DNA from: Stylophora pistillata
Lineage: Eukaryota
Direction of reading: 5' to 3'
NCBI RefSeq assembly: GCF_002571385.2
Contig: NW_019217792.1
Coordinates: 783,424 to 847,423 of the forward strand
Length of the DNA: 64,000 nt
The position numbers and the translations under genes were made by a program. Numbering within the stretch: position 1 is the stretch's first letter; each line of letters opens with the position of its first letter. Below are positions 38,401-52,400 of the stretch, piece by piece. The notes under the pieces were generated by a model that saw nothing but the letters and a program-made list of their open reading frames with translations, had not been told where the DNA came from and made no database searches.

Positions 38401-38842
38401 TACATACACCTCTATTGACATTCTCTCTTTAAATTAGTCTATTTGATAGAAGCTCCTCATTTATTTGTTATTGCTTTTTAAGAAAGGGCCAGTAAATTTT
38501 TATCACAATAACCTGTAGCAATAACGTCAACTCTCTCGAATATTTGTGAGTTTCAAAATGATATTCTTGGTTGGAAAAGATCTGTTTCCTCGGAATAAGA
38601 GTTTGTATAACAGATGTCTTACCACCAGCTTCTGATGTTTATGTTTCCTAACCAGTTTTTTTTTTGTTTTTGTTTTTTTTTTTCAGAGAACGCAGCAGTT
38701 TGAACGGAACCTTGCTTCCGCTTCGGGCTTGATGGATTTACAGTTCTCACCGGACACGCCCTTACCACTTGTTCTCAGCCTTACTCGGCCAACTTTCAGA
38801 GACGTTTCCAAAATGATTCATTGCGTTAGAGCAACTTTTTAG
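32480..38842 (+). CDS. RMI1: RecQ-mediated genome instability protein 1, ~707 aa, 11 coding exons
   Basis: Exons 32480-32575, 32726-32869, 33711-33806, 33908-34036, 34218-34351, 34638-35710, 36533-36615, 37423-37533, 37727-37768, 38270-38329, 38687-38842 join in frame (2124 nt). Motifs WLDACISF, VYEQWL, PSRMLLLEMTDG..GMEYQQIP.L...TPPGSK, G.LLLTPSNVKVLGG, PFKYLS, W....KLNDGTA. The 34696-35721 ORF is the disordered linker exon. Confidence 0.9.
36021..36317. mobile_element. Palindrome-rich non-autonomous element in an RMI1 intron
   Basis: Hairpin ATTATTCGCC...GGCGAATAAT (~36030-36126) plus inverted pair TTTAGTATAATTTCAGAGCTGA / TCAGCTCTGAAATTATACTAAA. Confidence 0.6.
36810..37075 (-). mobile_element. 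Degenerate antisense CORE-like SINE
   Basis: GGATGGGATGTTAGTC..., GAGAGGCAGGGTCAGAGTAAAG..CCCAAGAACACAACACA resemble the reverse complement of the 63-358 SINE. Confidence 0.55.
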
Positions 38843-40424
38843 TTTCGAATTTTTTTTCTCGTATGGACACTGTATAAATTGATACTCACAATAAAGAACT
38901 GTTTTATGATAAGAACATACGCGTTGGGTTCCAATACATATTCTGAGCAAATTGTTCGGTGACGAGCCTCGAGAGGAAAAGTCTCTTCTAGGCAAATTTC
39001 AAACGCAAATTTAACAAGGAATGATTTTCCGAGAAGTAGGTCTGGCAGTTCCACGCAAAAAGGATCCTGCAAAGCTAGTCCTTATTATCTTTGCCCACCC
39101 GTGCACGTTTGCATTTTTGTTTGTTTGTTTATCTCGTTCAAGTCCTTTGAGGCTTAAAGCCGTTGTGATGTTTGACTGTATCCTATGATCAGTTTACACC
39201 GTTTTCGCTGACCCGGTTTGGGTGTGTGTCCATTTTCAAACCAGCGACTTTTGAGTGAGCCCAAGATTCTGTAAGAAATGTGAAAAAATTGCGCCATTGC
39301 CGTTCTAGAGGTGAGTAAACAAAGGAGATTAGTGGGGCTTTCCTCGGTGTCACCAGAATCGCTCGGTTTACAATTTCACGATGCGAACAGCAGAACTCAA
39401 GTCAATTCAAGTCACAGATTTATTTCATTCTCAGTCTAAAATTTATTTTTATTAAAGATCGCAAAACTTTTCCTTATAAACTAATGACAGTGTGTATGAT
39501 ATTCAGTTCCCATCCTTTGAGAAAATTCTATACCTTTCAAAACGTATATTATATACAGTCATTTAACTAATGCTCAGAGCTTGAATTTATTTACACACTT
39601 AATAAAAATTAAATGCTATTTGGCTCTCATTTGCTTAGAACAGTAAAACTATGCTAAAACTTTCGACGTGCCATCTTCGTAACCACTCGGTAACATATCG
39701 TTCCATCGTAATCGATAGGCATACTTTCGGAAACACATCGACTCTACCTAAACCATCACGGAAGAGCTTTTCTCTAAAGCAATGCGAATGAATCTAAAAG
39801 TTCATAGTAAATTCCGTTAGAACTTGCAGAAAAGTAAAACCAAATAGCTTCTTTAAGATTGTTCAAGCCCCTAAAGATTTCGCTTTTGATATGACAGTAT
39901 TATTAAGAAAATGACACCTCATTTAGGAACTTTCGAACAAACAATAATTAGATAGTTATATCTGTGTGTATTCATAACTTAAAATAGGTAACGAAAAATA
40001 AGAAAACATTAACATTTCTTCTCACGTATAAGTAGTCTAAAAAAAAATCAAATGTGATAGTTCTATCAACTGCGTCAAACTTGCCACCAAATGTTTTCAA
40101 CTGTTCTCCCAAGACTTTAATATATTCTGCCCTAGATAAGTCAGTGATGATGATGATGGAAAAAAACAAATCGAGAACCTCACAGACCGAGACTGCAAAA
40201 TTTTTCTCCTATCTAGACACCAAGAAGTACACGCCTCTTGCGACACACTGCATGGGCCATTTACTTTGGGACTGTTAATGTTTCTTTCAGAGATTGGTAA
40301 AATAATAATACGGAAATTCTGCCAGTTACCCTATCGCGAATATTTTGTTTAAAACTTTTCAGAGAGAGAGAGATCACAGTGCGATCATTGCTTACTTTGA
40401 AACTCGTGGTTGGATACAATTCTG

Positions 40425-43400
40425 TCAAGGGGATGTTAAATCCCCATTCATTTGCGCTAGTTGTCCCTGCTCCCATCTCGATGTCCTGATTTTTTCTTCT
40501 GGTGTGTCTTTATTGAACATTTTAAGCTTGTCCTTGAAGTCCAGCCTTTCTGGTTTCTTGGAAACAAACTGGCCCTCGGATTTCTCTTCGTCTGTTAAGG
40601 ACATCCGACCCAGGCGACCGCGGGTCATCTCCATCCCATTCAACTCATCGCTATCCAACCGGGCGGGCTTTGGCGCGTACTGAGACTGGGATCGAGAGGG
40701 AGGTCCGTCTAAGACATTGTCCTGCGAACCATACCTGGTAGGGGCCGGAGGAGGACCTGGTTGATTCATCTCAAAGGCGGCTGGATAGGACACAGGTCGA
40801 GGTCGCCTAGGATATGTGGCATAACTTGGGTATGGGGAAGATGAGGTAACTGGGGGCTGACGGAGAGGTACTCCCGTGTTGGAGTAAGGTTGGGGATACA
40901 TAGCTTGATCCCGGGTCCCGGGGGCAGAGACTGTCACCCTGGACGTGAATCCACCATTTCGCGACGGTCGATCACCACTGAGAGCAGCAAATCGTTCAGA
41001 GCTGTGAGGCGATTTTGGTGGAGGTGGTGGTGGGAAATTGTCGTCTTCTAGCATCTCGTCAGGGGGAGGAGGCGGTGGCGGAGGAGGCGGTAGGTCATCG
41101 TCATCATCAGGGAGAGGTGGCCTGGCAGAATCTGGTTCAGAGTCACTTGGGGCACGAGTGTTCACGTACCGGACACTGGGGGCAGGAGTAACCCGTGCTG
41201 TGTAACCTGATGCTGACCCAACGACATAAGTTGGAGATGCGGGTTCGCGAATCTCTGTCGCTACATTTGAAAAGGATACCTGCTTCTTGGGGCGATTTGA
41301 TCCCGCATTGCGAAGTGCCGATGGTGGTTCAGAACGCCGTCGATTAATCTCTTCGTCAATGAGCTTCCGCCTCCTTTCGTAATCAGCTGTTGCACGATTC
41401 TTCAATTCATTGACGTGCTCCTCAACGGACGGCTTTCTCACTTTTACTTCCTGAAGCATCTGATCTTCAAGCTGCTGCTTTCGTAATTGTGCTTCCTTTT
41501 CTCTGACGATCCTTTGTTCCTCCTGTTGCTTTTGGCGTTCGAACTCACGCCTAGCCTCCGCCTCTCGCTCCTCCTCCTGTCGCAGCCTATCCTCTTCCTC
41601 CTTTAACTGCTGGCTCTGCTGCCACCGCAGCCGTTCCTCCTGATCACGTCGCTGCTGTATTTCAAGTTTCTTTCTATTCAGTTCTTCTTCCTCCTGCCCC
41701 TTCTTCTCCAGCCTTTGCTTTTCCTGTTCCATTCTCTGCTGTTCTCTCTTTTCTCGTTGCTGTCTCAGCCATTCTTCTTGCTCTCGTTCACGGTGTTCTT
41801 GAATTTTCCGCTGGGCCTCCTTCTGCTGTTCGCGATCTAATTCAAACTGCTGAACTCTGCGCTGCTGTCGTTCTCTGAAAACAGAAACACAAACAACAGG
41901 TTATCGTTATCCTCAACCGTCGCAAATCCAGTTCATTAACATCCATCTTCAATGGGCGACGCTGTATCAAAATTGATACGTTAATATTTCTGACCTTAAA
42001 CGAATGCTTCTTCTACCCGTTGTAGCAGGAGCTCAGATAGCTGTGGTGTGTACTGGCGCGTGTTAAGACGAACACAAGCGCTACGATCCTCTTCCTAGCG
42101 ACCCTTCTCCATTTCTCCCAAACCATTCCCGCAAAAAACGACTGCGTTCACAAAGAACTCTGAACTGTTGAGTGATAATTCATCGACCGCTTATCGATTG
42201 TTCTTTTGCACAAAAGAACCGCATCGTCTTTTCTCCGCCGGCCTAATTATACACCTTCATCATAATCGCTTTCTCAAGACTAGAATTCAACCATATCTTT
42301 AACAATCACCTTCGAAGTTTCTCCTCTTCTTCCTCTTTTTGCTGTCGTCTCTTTTCAGCTTCTTTCTTTTCTTTTTCGCGCCGGATGTTTTCTTGGAGTA
42401 GCAAGTCAATCTTTTTTCCTCGCTCCATTCTCTCCTCCTTGTCCGGTGCGTGGTATTTGACACGTGTTACCGCAACAAGTCCGCCTGCAGCACGCTCCTG
42501 TACCACCTGGATGAGGGAAAGAAAAGAACAAAATGTAAAGCTGTTGAGCTTTTTCTCGAATCCATTTACTGTTGCTTTAGAGTTCAGGTCAAGTCACGCG
42601 AAATCTTGGTCCTCGTAACTCAAGATCGAATGGCGCTGTCCATCTGATAAAGTTTTATCCCCTTCTTTAAGGAGACTGACAGAGTTTAACTTGAAATAAC
42701 CTTACACGTGGCTATTTGAGAAACATTTTAAATGCTGAGAATAATTTTTTGAAATATACATGTAACATGGGTACATCATGCTTTGATTCTATCTCTGTCG
42801 GAGTGATTTTATGTTCCATTGATAAACCTCCCACAGCATCATAGTCTGTTAAAAACTCGTTTTTCTGATGAAATACATTGACACTCGTTTATCTTTCTGT
42901 AATGATACACAGTTGACAAAGACAATCTTAAAAGGTCCCTGCTGTCATCGACGGAAAGAATTCCTTGCCCTTCCAAGTTTCTGACTTAGTCGTTTCTTCG
43001 AAATGCAACTGAAGCTATTACCTTAGCCTATCCTCTAAACTAGATGCAGGACAGAAAAGAACTGTAGTAAGTTACTGGGTTGAATATCCTTAGTATGAGA
43101 GCGAGAGCTAATCTCTCATTCAAATGCACCTTTGAGTTAAGAGGTAGTTGTCTGAAATAGTCAATGACCACGTGTGCTATTTCTAAATATGTCCACCTGT
43201 ATCGAACATAAGGCAATTAAGAGCACTGTAAAGCTTAAGGTTATTAGATTCTCAAGGTTAACAAAAAATAATCAAAAGACGAAAGCAATTGTAAAATATT
43301 TTTTAAAACAACAATAATTTCAATAATAACATTTTTCGTTACTTCGAACTACCCAATCGATAAAGAACGATTTTACAATCGTCAAAACACCTAACCAGCA

Positions 43401-46400
43401 AAACAATCTCGCAAAAACATAATCTAAAGTGGGTTGCTAGCCACCGGATCTTTTGGAAGGTTACAAAAATACTTCTCTGATTGAATTCAGTGGCGTAGAG
43501 TATTTACCACAAAATTAACTAAAAAGTACTATTCGAGGCGATTCTACTTTTACTTCTCTTTACTTCTGTACCATTCATCATCTTGTATATCACATAACAT
43601 GCAGAAGATCCACAAGACGTTTGGTAAAGCGGCTAAATGCACCAAATTGGAATTCAAACAAAGAAAAGAATAGAAAAGACAAGGAATAAAAAAGGGCAAA
43701 ACTATAAAAGCTCGGATACAGTACTCAGAGCCAAATCCGTCGACTTGCAACTTAAAAAATCTTTAAGCAGAGATCATCTGTCGGACTACTTTTCGTTTCG
43801 ATTTTCGTTTCGACATCAACAGCGCAGATGCCCTCTTCGATTAGAATTTAGCTGTATTGAGTTATTGTAGCTCACAAAGTTGCATATAGACAAGACACAA
43901 AAAGGAAATAAAAGTTCAGATCGATTCGAAAGTGCAAGCTATGAGTTTCAACTAGTTTAACCTTTTGAAATAAAATCGGGCAAATTGAAATTAGTGCAGA
44001 GTGAAAGAAAAACGAACATCTCGTAAAGGATATTGTAAAAAGTGGTCTGTCAACTTATTTTTTGAGACGGAAATCTCTAGGTAATCTTTCACGTTCTACG
44101 AATCTGCTATTCCAAGGAAAAATACTTCAGTTAGCGGCAAATCTTCCAACAGTTGAAGTGAATGAAGAAATCAACCAAATTATAAATTCAAAAGACCAGA
44201 AAAAAATAAAAATGAGGAGGTATCTGGCATTGCTGATAACAAAAAAACACTTCTTTCAGAGTTGAAAACATGAACCTACCTGACAAGATCAGTTCTAGTA
44301 GGCAATCTATATCGATTCCTAGTAACAAATCAATGCTTTAATAGTTTGTACTAAAACCACTTGAGTTTGAAAATATCGAGCAACGACAACAAAAAAGACA
44401 GTAAAAAAGAGCGAAAAAAATTGAGTGAGTAAAAATTGAAAGCACTGACGTAAACACTTGGGGTAAAAACGCGGAACAATCATGTCGGTGGCTTTAACGG
44501 TTTTTATTTTCGACGGAAAGAAATTTTTGAGAAAACGACAAACACGATTTTGAAAGGTGTAGTTATTCGTTCGTCCACTCGATTACGCCAAAGACTTTGT
44601 GGCAATGTAGGGTTGGTCATAAAATTGGCGCTAACATCGAGAGCCACAATTATACCTGCCGTGAACAAACATTATCGAAAACTGAACAAAGACATACTTT
44701 CTTCCCTCGTGTGCGCACCTCTACCGCATCTCACTTCATTATCATCTAACTCCCGAGATCTGAATCCAGACAATATAATGGTAACTTGCGTGTTATCTCC
44801 GCGCTAACAGAAAAATTCTTCAAATGTTAGAATAACAGAGAGCGATGTAATTACCTCTTCATCTTCGCCAGATTCCCGACGATTCCTCATCGCTTCAAGA
44901 CGTTTTTGAAATTCTCGTTCGACCTCGTCTGCCGATAGTCCCTCGATGGTGTCCAGAAACTCTTTACTGCCCTTATCTCTCGAGAGCTTCGAAAGCCTGG
45001 ACTGCTCCATTTCTCTTAGCTGTTTCTGTTCCTCTTCAAGTTTTTTCAAGTGGTTCTCTCTTTCACGCTGCTCGTTCAATTCTTCTCTTTGCATTTGGTT
45101 CATAATACGCTCTTCTTCAACGCGCTGACGTTCCTCTCGTTCACGATCGTATTTTTGTTGTCGTTCACGTTCCGCACGCGCACGTTCGATACTCTCAAGA
45201 GCTTCCCTGTCTCTTTCACGACGCTCTCGTTCTTGCTGCTCTCTTTCTTGTCGTTCGCGTTCTAAACGCTCTTTTTCTTCTTTCTCTTTCCTCTGTCTTT
45301 CCAAATGATGTCTCCAAGCTCGCTCTTCCCGCTCGCGGCGCTCCAACGTGCCTTCCCTTTCTTCAGTAGCTCTTGAGTCCTCCCGTTGCCAACGATTTAA
45401 CTCGTCTCTCTCGTTCGGCTTCAAGTTACTTCTGTCTGCTTGCTCAGTTGCACCTTGTGCTCCCTGTTTGATCATGATGTACCGACCGTACCGTGAATTG
45501 CGGCTGTCGATTCGGATTGGACTTGACGGAGGTTCATCCGGAGATTTTTCCTACAAGACAATAAGACAATGCATTGAGGAAACTTCAACAGGGGACATTG
45601 AAGTTGAACGGAAAAAGAGCTCGCCTCTTACCACTTGCGTATCTTTTAGGTGAACAGCTGTCTAACATCTAGGAAAGATTGTTATACTGTGATTGTATGT
45701 ATTTGTGTGAGGAGCAACGACTACATGTTGGAATCGCCCCTTAAATGGTACAATTACCGAAATATTCAGAATAAATGTGAGAATCTTTTGTTGAAAATGA
45801 AATAAACCACAAAGATAATGTACTGAAATGACAAGTATACATCTTAGTTGTGACTGAGCTCAGTTAGTTTGTCCTTCTCCAATTGAAAACATGTCATTCG
45901 ATCATTTTTTCTTTTTAATTTTTATCTGAGCATTCCAATCTTCTTTCACAAACCTCCCTAGGGGACCCCCTTCCAGGTGATGTTGCTCCAGGGGATGTGG
46001 GTGAACTATAAATGCGATTTCTGTTCTCGCGGGCCGTTATCTCGGGTTCTTCTACTGTCACAGTGAGTGGCGACCGCTGTCTTTCTCTCTCAACATCTTC
46101 AGATTCAAAGCGGACCCTGTAAGGAGATCGGACGGGTTCAACTTGAACAGTTTGAGGCGACGCGCGTGATCCATCCGTTGGCCTTTTTTGCCGACGCTGA
46201 TGTTCGCCGATCATTTTCAGAGCGTCTTCTGCTCGTTTCCTTTCCACATCTTGCCGACGCCTTTCTTCGCCAAAACGCCGTTGTTCCTCTATTCTTCGTT
46301 CTTCCTCTCGTCGGCGCTCCTCGTCCAATCTTCGTTGCTCCTCGGCTATTCGCCTTTCCTCTCGTAACCGTGCCTCTTCGATTCTCTTTTGTTCCTCTGC

Positions 46401-49400
46401 ATACAAACGTTGTTCTTCAAGTCTTCGTTCCTCTTCGCGACGTCGCTCTTCTTCTAGCCTGTGTTCTTCGGCACGTCTCCGTTCTTCTCCAAGTCTTCGT
46501 TGTTCTTCGGCGCGTCTCCGTTCTTCTTCAAGTCTCCGCTGTTCTTCGGCGCGTCTCCGTTCCTCCTCTAATCTCCGTTGTTCTTCGGCGCGCCTTCGTT
46601 GTTCCTCAAGACGCCTCTCCTCCTGTAGTCTCCTCTCTTCTTCAAGTCGTTTTTGCTCCTCAACCTGTATGCGTTCCTCTTCCAGTCGACGTTCTTCGTC
46701 TTCTCTATACCGCCTTTCCCTTTCCGCCGCTCGCATACGTTCCTCCTCCTCCATGCGCCGCTGACCCTCAGAGTAACGCCGTCGCCCGTCCTCTCCATCC
46801 CTCCTTCTCCTGTCTTCATCCACTTGCCACTGGTCTTGATACCGGCGGCCTCTATCCTCATCACCCTGTCTGTAGGACTGATTACGGTCTTTTTGTAACC
46901 ACCGCCCAGGAGACCGCTGCATCTCTTGCTCAGGTACAGTTGGTGATGCTTTCAGCATTTCTTCGTTGTCTACTGCTACAAGCTTCTGCTGTGGCTCTAG
47001 ATAAAAATAAACGGATAAATAATGATATTAACCCTTCACATTCTAACATCAGTATCCATATTTTCTCCATGCCCTTCCCTTTAAAAATTTCTTTTGGAAA
47101 TGACAAGGAAAATTTGCTTTAACAATCAACCGCCTCCCAGTTAGCCCAATGGATAGAGCGCTGGGCTGTTGTGCGGGCGGTCGAGGGTTCGAGCCCCGGC
47201 CGGACCAACACTCAGGGTCTTAACATAATTAACAATATGCTACCTTTCTATAACATCAAGAAATGGTTAAATATTCTAGTCTTCTCGGATAGGGACGAAT
47301 AAATGGAGGTCCCGTCTCCTGCAGGGTTGGGGTAGGAGACGTTAATTTCCCACGCACGAGATTACTGTGTGATGGATGTCCTTCCCCGGGGTGGGATGGG
47401 TGGGTTGGGTTTAGGTGGATGAACCTAGTAGGGGACTACGTGTCCTATTGTTTTTCCACCTGTACAATGTACAAATCCCCGGGGTGGGATGGGTGGGTTG
47501 GGTTTAGGTGGATGAACCTTGTAGGGGACTACGTGTCCTATTGTTCTTACACGTGTACAATGTACAAATCTTTAGAAAAGCTTCTTGGCTTAGTCATCAT
47601 TTCCTCTATTCTCGCAATCAATAAATGATTCAGCAATGCTACTATAAGGAGAAAACTAGATGCTGGTCACTCTTAAGGTTCAATGGGTTAATAAAACTTG
47701 AAAACAAAAATTCCTTAGTGAGGAAGATGGTGTGGTTTATAAGATCTTTGCTCGACGGCCAACATCACTGGAATATTCAGAAGAGGTTTCGTTGTAGTCA
47801 AATACAAGTACAAGCCCAAGATTCGATCCGCGCTAATCTTAAGTGAAAGAATCTTAATGCAATATATTATCAATATTCTGGAGCCCGTTGCTCAATCTCA
47901 CGTTTAGCGCGTAGACGACGACCATAATATGCTAAATTTGTAGAACTGTACCCAAAAGAATCTTAACATACCTTTGGTAACCATTGGTGATGGCTGACTC
48001 AATAAAGTGGCAAGGCCGTGATAAATGGCGCCCTGCTTGGATATGCGCAAAGTAACTTCAGATCCAGATTTGACCATTAGCTCGGCGGCCCTGGGAAACA
48101 GAGACAGCAACGTTACTCCATTGATGCTAGACTACGTGTAAATTCTCTATCTGGTCTCCCTAAATTTCTTTCGGCATATGTGCGGGGATTCTCTTTAGAA
48201 GGAGTTTCCACAAAATGATGGAACATAGATGTCGGAAATCGTGCGGTGTGTTGTTATTATTTGTCGCATTGTTGTAGTTAGGGTAATTTAGGCTTTGTTT
48301 GATCGTAATCAGTGGATATGCGCAAAGTACTTTGGATATGCGCAAAGTAACTTCAGATCCAGATTTGACCATTAGCTCGGTGGCCCTGGGAAACAGAAAT
48401 CTGAAATCTGCGTGGAAACAGAAATCTGCGTGGAAATCTGAGAGTCTTGAACTTTGGATCCCTTTAATGGCAAAAATAAAACAGGAAGAAGAGAGCGAGA
48501 AGAGGTTGCTGTAGGTTATTGGTGATTAATAAAGGAGAAGAAATCGGGATTTCGTGTGAGCGTGTTGGTAGTTCGATCTTGGACGCAATTCCCAACAATA
48601 GAAGAAATTGTTATGAAAACTTCTCACCGCAATGTAAAAGAGTAACCAAAAAAGGAAAGATAGAAATCGCTCGGCCATTAACCCTTAAGGGAGTCTGGAT
48701 TCTAATTACCCCCTTGAATCAAATGGAAAGGTCATGAGAATGAAAGAAATGATAACCAATTTAGGAAGCCCTCAATTGTCAAACAAATTTTCCTTGACAT
48801 AACCGTAGGAAATGAAAAGAGAACAGCGTGGAAAATATGAATGTTATTGTTAAGGTGGACATGGTTAAAACCATTGACTAATTGGCAATATTGGTTGTAT
48901 TTTTACCTCTCCTGTGGAACGCCCACCAGACTTTCGCCATTCACGGCTAGAAGCTGATCTCCTGCTCTTAGACGTCCATCCTAAAAATGGGAATAAGAAA
49001 TTTCAAACTTTAGAAGATAAGAGGCTGTCAAGCTATAGCTGTCACATCTAAGCACTGCGTGGAAACTCAGGAAAGTAAAATGGAAAATTTTCATTCCTTT
49101 ACTATACATTAATTCTTGACATTGCCGCAGCTAAGCTACTCAAAATTACTATTCGACTTAAATTAAAGCGTCACCATACTTTCGGGATTTTTTTTAACAT
49201 CCATAAACTCTTAAGATCTAATTAAAATTTATCCTTTCTGACTGTCACACACTTCTTTGTAAATGAGAAAAAAAGTGTCACATCGAGAAAGAACCCTTCA
49301 CTTGATAGGCTTGTCTTTTCTCTCCATCTTTCTGCAAGATATTAGGGACCTTAAGAAACCACGACGGCGACGACAACGAGGACGTGGAAAAACAAGAGAT

Positions 49401-52400
49401 CTAATTGGCAGAACAATAGCTCAGCACGTGCGTTTTGAAACTTTGTACATTTCTTAGCCGTCCTATGCAAAACAACAACGTGAAATCGCCAAAATTTGCG
49501 TGGTCTGCGAACCGAAACCGCGACGGNAAATTATTTTAATTTCCATTTGGAACTCAACGGCTACTTTATACGTCATGCTGAAGTTGAGCTGTGGCGCTGT
49601 ATGAGATAGTAAGCCCCTGCAGCCATTTTTGAAATTCTAACTAAGAGTAGAAATTCATTTTTTAATCGAAGTTATCCTTGGCGTCGCCGTGGTGGTTTCT
49701 TAAAGTCCCTAATGTATTGAAATCGAGGGGGGAGGGGTTATATGCTCATCGCGCATGTTACTCACCTTAGCAGCAGGACCGTCTTTCACAACTTGTTTAA
49801 TGTAAATGCCAAGTTTGTCTTGTCCAACACCCTTAAAACGAAGAAAAAGGCAGTAACGTGAGGAAAATGTACAACGACTAAACGTGATTTATAGTTCATT
49901 TTCTCCTTAGAATCGCTCTACAGATAATCAAAATATAAATTACCTTAGCGGCCACAATGCTAAGACCCATGCCTCCCTGTCCTTTATAGAAGGAGACGTC
50001 CATAATTTCAGGAGTCTGGGACTGAAATAAATAAACAGAAATTCATAGGTTTGTTCACGAAGATCAAGTAGAAATCGGAGGGAAATTCATTGAAGACTTC
50101 TTAAAAAATATATACTGAGGTTAATATTGAAAGATTCCAGATAAACAATAATTGAACTCCATACCTGAGCAGTTTTCGACGACACTTCACCACCTACGAA
50201 AAACAAAACGCGAGGTTATCAAATATAGTATGACCAAAATAATAACTCAAATCTATTTGAATTGGCGAGGGTAAGTTATCTCACCAGAGTCCTTGCGCTT
50301 GGCTTGATAAACAGTCCATAAGCCCGGAGAGGATGGCTGTATAGTCAACCTACATAAGCCTGCAAAGCAACAAAGTTAAATGTAGTGAAATTTGCCTTTC
50401 CATTTTCTTAATTATTTCAAAGACTTCGTCCGTCACTCTAACACGAGTTACAAAATGCGAGCGCGGATTTACTTCAGATTAATTTCTTGTTTGGAGAACG
50501 TTTCCTCTATTTATTTCACCATAAACTGTTTCGGAGAACAGTGTGTGAACATAATTGAACACTCCCCAAATGAGGCTTTTCAAGCCCACTGCTAACAAAT
50601 TAGAAACATACATTGTACATAAACATATTGTTTAAAAATCCCAACTGGCAGGAGACAGATCAGTTGGCTATACATAAAGCGCAGCGGAGGAGTTGAACTC
50701 GCGGGAACGAAGAAAAAAAATTCTGGCGAGTGGCAGGGAAGAGGGTTTAAACTCCCGGCTCACCAGATTACAAGACCTGGAATGACCATATATCTCCTCA
50801 AGAGGAGCAGACCGACCACAACTAAGAGCCCAGGTATTATCCATATGAAGCAAACAGGATCAGTATACAACCTTACATTTTAATGGCGCTGGATTAGATC
50901 ACAAAGCGTGACCAGAATTTTATTATTTCGAAGAAACACTAACCGATTTCTGCAAGAGGGCTCAAAAATTCCTTCAAACCCGGGGGAACACCACGGATCA
51001 CTTCGCACGAGTACCTATCCTCAGGGAGCAAGAAAGGGAGCTGAAGTTGAGGGTCCTCTTCAAGCGTCACGGGTTGGCCCTGGTTACGAATGAGCTCATC
51101 TGCCGTGTTCTCGGCAACGGCCACAACGCTGTCGATCAAATCCCTGGAAAAGTTATATCCAAATAACAGGATATTAGAAAGGTGAAAACGCACATCTTAT
51201 TCAATCACTTCGACTGCTAGTAAAACCGGCATCGTCTTTGCATCGTAAGGATGTGGTAAAAACGTTACCGATTAAATAATCCACGGGTGGTATTGAGCGC
51301 TTATCATTTAACTCATCCTGTGCCAAGACTCGCAATCTGAAATAACTCCAGTACAGACAGAAGCTCCTCGTTCAAAAACTTTGTGATTGTAAAGCACACG
51401 ACACTATTAAAAGCTTTAATGTCAGCAAATTATACAACGAATAAATATCGACAAAGCAGATACCTGTTGTATTAAATATTCATACTGAAAACGTTTTACA
51501 CACCTTGGGATATTAAGTTCGTCCGCAGCAGGTCGGTAATTTTCAAGCAAGGCACGTAGTTGTATTGAGTTCAATTTATAACATGCTGACGATAAGGAGT
51601 TGATGTCACCGTGAGAGTTTTTGGGAGCTTGTAGTAAATGAGCCGCCTGTTAAGAGATAAAAGAAGTTAAAAAGCAGCGACAACAACAACAAAAACAAAT
51701 GAGATAAAATAACCAACACACAACGTCTTGGACTTCCTCAGCGCTGTCCACTCATTAATAATTCACTTGTCTACTCCAACGCTCTTATTTATAACCCGTT
51801 CGTGACATCTGTTTTTCAACGCATAAAAGAGAAGGAAAAAGTCTGTTGTTTATGTCATCTTAATGAGAGTAACATGTACTTGCGCTTGTTTAAAAGCACG
51901 AAAAAACGGAAACGAATGGTTTTGGTTACTGAAGTAGGAAATGAAATCACATGTAAGTTAAATTAACACAGGCAGTAAATTTCTGCTTTGGATTATTAAG
52001 AAAGCAGACGGAAATTCGCCCAACTTATCACTCTAAAACGTGCTGGCCAGATGGAACTTATATTTAGACCTCCTACACAAATTAAATTCTGCCGTTTTTG
52101 GGAGCCCGTTTAGACTTTGTCTACTGCTTTGATGTGTAAAATGTATATCACACACTCAAATAAAATCCAGCTATAGGTGGTTTGCAACCAATCTCTAGAG
52201 ACACAGGTAACAATGGTGAAAGGAGCAAGTGCTGGTGGACGAACAAAAGAAGCTAATGAGATATCTGTTGTTTACGTCCACAAACATGGCGGCAATGACG
52301 TAACGTGCAAACCACCTATTCGCGTAATTCCCCGTGAAGCAGTAAGCCAGGATCGCTTCGGTTTCGCTTTACCTCCGAATCGCTGCGCGATTGGTCAGAA

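Noticed and set aside
39400-40424. SECIS element explaining the afadin TGA
   Set aside because: I found no convincing AUGA/AA/GA kink-turn stem by eye, and the aligned residue is aliphatic, not Cys.
43550-43870. Extra afadin exon(s) in the 44854-42507 intron
   Set aside because: Candidate acceptors lead to early stops, and the flanking exons already join in frame.
46067-47122. 351-aa hydrophobic antisense ORF
   Set aside because: It is a shadow of the repetitive E/R-coding afadin exon, has a non-ATG start and has no recognisable domain.
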